Of a DNA stretch of 10,314 nt, positions 7,531 to 10,314 are shown in pieces. Numbering within the stretch: position 1 is the first letter of the stretch; each line of letters opens with the position of its first letter. The notes beneath the pieces are model-generated. The model saw only the letters and a program-made list of their open reading frames with translations. It made no database searches and had not been told where the DNA came from. Source of the DNA: Promethearchaeota archaeon. GTDB taxonomy: Archaea > Asgardarchaeota > Lokiarchaeia > Sigyniarchaeales > SOKP01. The DNA is taken from contig SDNY01000128.1 in the NCBI GenBank assembly GCA_004524535.1, positions 1 through 10,314 of the forward strand, read 5' to 3'. Both the position numbers and the translations under genes were made by a program.

Positions 7531-7569
7531 AATGATCTTTTCAAAAAAATTATAGTTGAAAAGGAACTA
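7528..7569 (+). promoter_or_regulatory. Candidate SECIS element (eukaryote/Lokiarchaeia-like kink-turn hairpin)
   Basis: AUGA at 7532-7535. Perfect 8-bp stem CUUUUCAA (7537-7544) / UUGAAAAG (7556-7563). The apical loop begins AAAAA (7545-7549). GAA (7564-7566) lies opposite the AUGA. Lower helix UAG (7528-7530) / CUA (7567-7569), with a further possible UCCGAAA (7521-7527) / UUUCGGA (7585-7591) pairing. It lies immediately 3' of two genes with in-frame UGA. Confidence 0.75.
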
Positions 7570-7633
7570 ACTCATTGCTTGGGTTTTCGGAAATAATAAT
7601 AATTTTTAATAAAAATAATAGGAATTTAATGAA

Positions 7634-9136
7634 ATGTGTCCAGAAGAAGTTCAGGTTTCATGGGAGTTTCTGAAAACAGTATCAGATACCTTAGATTCAT
7701 ATAGAGTCCGTGCATTAATCGATGCGAAAAAGGACATTTTAGAAGCAGGGATTTATACAGAATCCCAATATTATGACATTTTATTTAAAATGTTTGATGA
7801 TGAGAGATTAAAATACACCCTCTATTCATTCTTAAAGAATAATAGTGTTAACAATTTTGAAAGTATAAAGCAATTCGCTCAAAAAAATTCAATTGAAATC
7901 TATAAAGCATATAGTTTATTGGAATTATTAAAGAACGAACAACTCATTATAATAGAAGAGCATTATGATAAAATAGAAGGAGATGATGATTCACCTCCAA
8001 GATCGATTTTCAAGGATCTTGATATAAATATTCCTGAAATTGAATCAATAGATTCTATCAAATCAGTTTATGAACCTGTTAGTACGATATTCGAATCTGA
8101 AGTGTGTTCTGGATGTGGCATATGCGCAGGTATCTGTCCGGTGAATTGCATTGAAATAAATAATGGTTTCGGAAAGATAGATGAAGACAAATGTATAAGA
8201 TGTGGACTATGTTATTTCGTATGTCCAAGATCCTATCTTCCTACAAAAATTCTCCCTATGAAATTAGGAGAAATACCAGAGATTAAAGAATATGGCAATA
8301 TTGGATATTTTAAGGAAGCATATTCAGCTAAGACAAAAGTAAAAGAAATATCAGAAGTATGTCAAGATGGTGGCATCTCCAGTACTTGCTTACATTATTT
8401 ATTTGATAAAAATGAAATTGATGGTGCACTAGGTGCAAAGATGAGCAGTGATCCTTGGAGACCAGAGCCAGTATTATTAAAAAACAAAGAAGATATCATA
8501 TCTGCTGCTGGAACGAAATATGTGAATAATCCAAACTTACAATTACTAAATCAATTGAATGGCGGATTAAAGGGAATCGCAGTTGTAGGAGTTCCCTGCA
8601 TGATGCAAGCACTCTTAAAATCTCATATTTATGATATTGGAATACCTTCTCTCCAAAAAGTAAAGTATCGTATTGGTATTTTCTGTATGGAATCGTTTCC
8701 CTATGAAGACGGATTTTTGAAAATCTTAGAGAAATTAAATGTCAGTGTTGATGATGTAAAAAAAACTGATATTAATAAAGGTAAATTTATTGTGTATACA
8801 AAATCTGGGGATGAGCTTAATATACCCATCAAAGAGATCAGTAATTTAGCAAGAGAAGATTGCGAAGTGTGTTTTGATTTGTCATCTGAATCGGCAGATA
8901 TATCCATAGGTTCGATTGGATCTCCTTCTGGATGGAATACCGTAATTATAAGAACAGAAAAGGGAAAAGAATTGTACGATGAATTACTTAAAAATGGTCT
9001 AATTGAATCAAAACCTATAAAAGACGTTAAACCTGGATTACCTATGCTACAAAAAATTGCTGGTTTTAAAAGAAATGGGTGTAAAAAGCATATAAGTGCT
9101 AAAAAAGAAAAAAATAAACGATATCCTCAATACTAA
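7634..9136 (+). CDS. F420 hydrogenase/dehydrogenase beta-subunit family protein (FrhB/FdhB/FpoF-like) with a 2x[4Fe-4S] ferredoxin domain and an about 150-aa N-terminal extension
   Basis: Ferredoxin motifs CSGCGICAGICP and CIRCGLCYFVCP, followed by FrhB motifs CQDGGISST, AAGTKY, VGVPC, IGIFCMESF and CEVCFDLSSESADISIGSIGSPSGWNTVIIRTEKG. Confidence 0.92.
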   Translation: MCPEEVQVSWEFLKTVSDTLDSYRVRALIDAKKDILEAGIYTESQYYDILFKMFDDERLKYTLYSFLKNNSVNNFESIKQFAQKNSIEIYKAYSLLELLKNEQLIIIEEHYDKIEGDDDSPPRSIFKDLDINIPEIESIDSIKSVYEPVSTIFESEVCSGCGICAGICPVNCIEINNGFGKIDEDKCIRCGLCYFVCPRSYLPTKILPMKLGEIPEIKEYGNIGYFKEAYSAKTKVKEISEVCQDGGISSTCLHYLFDKNEIDGALGAKMSSDPWRPEPVLLKNKEDIISAAGTKYVNNPNLQLLNQLNGGLKGIAVVGVPCMMQALLKSHIYDIGIPSLQKVKYRIGIFCMESFPYEDGFLKILEKLNVSVDDVKKTDINKGKFIVYTKSGDELNIPIKEISNLAREDCEVCFDLSSESADISIGSIGSPSGWNTVIIRTEKGKELYDELLKNGLIESKPIKDVKPGLPMLQKIAGFKRNGCKKHISAKKEKNKRYPQY

Positions 9137-9243
9137 TGTTTTTATTATTATTTGGGCTTTCTACTTGAAATAAAAAAATTAATATTGAATTTAATATTCT
9201 CTTCCTTTAATTATAATATAAAATTAACGTATATGTTCAAATA

Positions 9244-9744
9244 ATGAGTATTCCATCGCCGTTAAGACCAAAAAATTTTCGAGAACAAATTTACTTTCGT
9301 ACTTTACGAACGCGTGTGGACGGCAACGCTAAAGTTGAATTTGGCTTAACACAAATTAGAGGGATAGGACCAAGAGTTGCACAAGCTATAGTTAAAATCG
9401 CAAAAATTAATCCAGAATTAAGAATTGGCGCTATTTCAGAAAAAGATCTCAATAGAATCGAAGAAATAATTTTAAATCCTGTAGAAAATGGAATTCCTTA
9501 CTGGATGGTCAATCGAAAAAAAGATTTAAGAACAGGCGAAGATCTCCACGTTATTGGCAATAAACTTGAGATCACCGTTAAGCGAGATGTCGAAAGAATG
9601 AAAAAGATGAAAAGTTACAAGGGAGTCCGGCATCAATTACACTTAAAAGTTAGAGGTCAAAGAACTAAATCTACTGGACGCCATGGACTTGTTATTGGTG
9701 TAATGCGACGGAAGTTAGTTAAAAAAAAAAAAGTTGAGAAGTAA
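9244..9744 (+). CDS. rps13: 30S ribosomal protein uS13 (archaeal S13P)
   Basis: GLTQIRGIGPRVA, IPYWMVNRKKDLRTG, SYKGVRHQLHLKVRGQRTKSTGR. Confidence 0.98.
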   Translation: MSIPSPLRPKNFREQIYFRTLRTRVDGNAKVEFGLTQIRGIGPRVAQAIVKIAKINPELRIGAISEKDLNRIEEIILNPVENGIPYWMVNRKKDLRTGEDLHVIGNKLEITVKRDVERMKKMKSYKGVRHQLHLKVRGQRTKSTGRHGLVIGVMRRKLVKKKKVEK

Positions 9745-9747
9745 ATT

Positions 9748-10239
9748 ATGGGAGATCCAAGGCGTTTAAAAAAAAAATATAAAAAACCTGCTCATCCCTT
9801 CCAAAAAGAGAGAATTATAGAAGAATTAGAATTCCTCGGTAGATATGGTCTAAGAAATAAAAGGGAATTCTGGAAATCTCGGACTATGTTAGGAAATTGG
9901 AGAGGAATTGCTCGACATTCTAGAACCTTGCCTAAAGAAAGATCTTTAGAAGTTCAACAAACTCTAATAAAAAAATTAAAACGCTTGGGTATTTTGGGTC
10001 CTGAAGCAGAATTCGAAGATGTATTACATCTAACGGTTGAAGATGTTTTAAAAAGAAGACTTCAGTCATTAGTATACGAAAAAGGGCTTGCTAACACAAT
10101 ATACCAAGCTAGACAATATATTGTACATGGACATGTTCAAGTGGGGAATAAAAAAGTAAATGCTCCTTCTTATATTGTAAAAAAGGACGAAGAAGACTTA
10201 ATTAGTTTTGTCTCTAGCAGTCCTTTCACAACAAATTAA
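9748..10239 (+). CDS. rps4: 30S ribosomal protein uS4 (archaeal S4P)
   Basis: MGDPRRLKKKYKKPAHPF, YGLRNKRE, RRLQSLVYEKGLANTIYQARQYIVHGHV, PSYIV. Confidence 0.98.
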   Translation: MGDPRRLKKKYKKPAHPFQKERIIEELEFLGRYGLRNKREFWKSRTMLGNWRGIARHSRTLPKERSLEVQQTLIKKLKRLGILGPEAEFEDVLHLTVEDVLKRRLQSLVYEKGLANTIYQARQYIVHGHVQVGNKKVNAPSYIVKKDEEDLISFVSSSPFTTN

Positions 10240-10261
10240 TAATAAATAAAGGTGAGTAAAG

Positions 10262-10314
10262 ATAAGTAAAAGTATAAAGTGGGCCATAGTGCATATTTAC
10301 AGTTCGTATAATAA
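10262..10314 (+). CDS. rps11: 30S ribosomal protein uS11, 5' fragment (runs off the window); apparent ATA start
   Basis: The frame reads (M)SKSIKWAIVHIYSSYN.., matching archaeal S11 KWGIAHIYSSYNNT, in the expected position after rps13-rps4. SD AGGTGA at 10250-10255. Confidence 0.88.
   Translation, partial: MSKSIKWAIVHIYSSYN

Noticed and set aside
7332-7544. 70-aa minus-strand ORF
   Set aside because: Antisense to mvhD and the SECIS candidate; no independent support.
7537-7563. Hairpin read as a bacterial-type intrinsic terminator
   Set aside because: AU-rich stem with no U-tract directly after it. The AUGA core, apical As and context fit a SECIS better, though a terminator role is not formally excluded.
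8701-8907. 68-aa minus-strand ORF
   Set aside because: Antisense shadow within the FrhB-family gene.
9176-9200. AT-only dyad AATATT-GAATTT-AATATT upstream of rps13
   Set aside because: Expected by chance at this AT content; it may be part of the promoter but cannot be supported.
1-10314. Genome-wide UGA reassignment (Trp or Gly; codes 4/25)
   Set aside because: In-frame TGA occurs only in the two Fe-S redox genes and only at Cys sites. Trp is TGG, and the other long genes contain no in-frame TGA.

Overview
AT-rich archaeal window, most consistent with an Asgard archaeon of the Lokiarchaeia type. This is inferred from an unprenylated Rab-like GTPase, the archaeal uS13-uS4-uS11 order, GGTGA Shine-Dalgarno sites and a eukaryote-like SECIS candidate. 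Gene order: 3' end of a possible TrmB-type regulator, Rab-like GTPase and cofC (+); a coiled-coil protein, serS and a small two-repeat protein (-); then a redox cluster and the start of the rps13-rps4-rps11 operon (+). The main result is that the ORF track fragments the redox cluster. Read by hand, 5077..7080 is one 667-aa HdrA with three in-frame TGA codons and 7102..7530 is one 142-aa MvhD/VhuD with two. All five TGAs sit at conserved Cys positions, so they most likely encode selenocysteine. A single AUGA-core, A-rich-loop SECIS-like hairpin follows the mvhD stop, and an FrhB-family gene with an extra N-terminal domain comes next. The uS11 gene at the right edge has no in-frame ATG/GTG/TTG and appears to start at ATA. 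All family calls are from motif recognition, not database searches.
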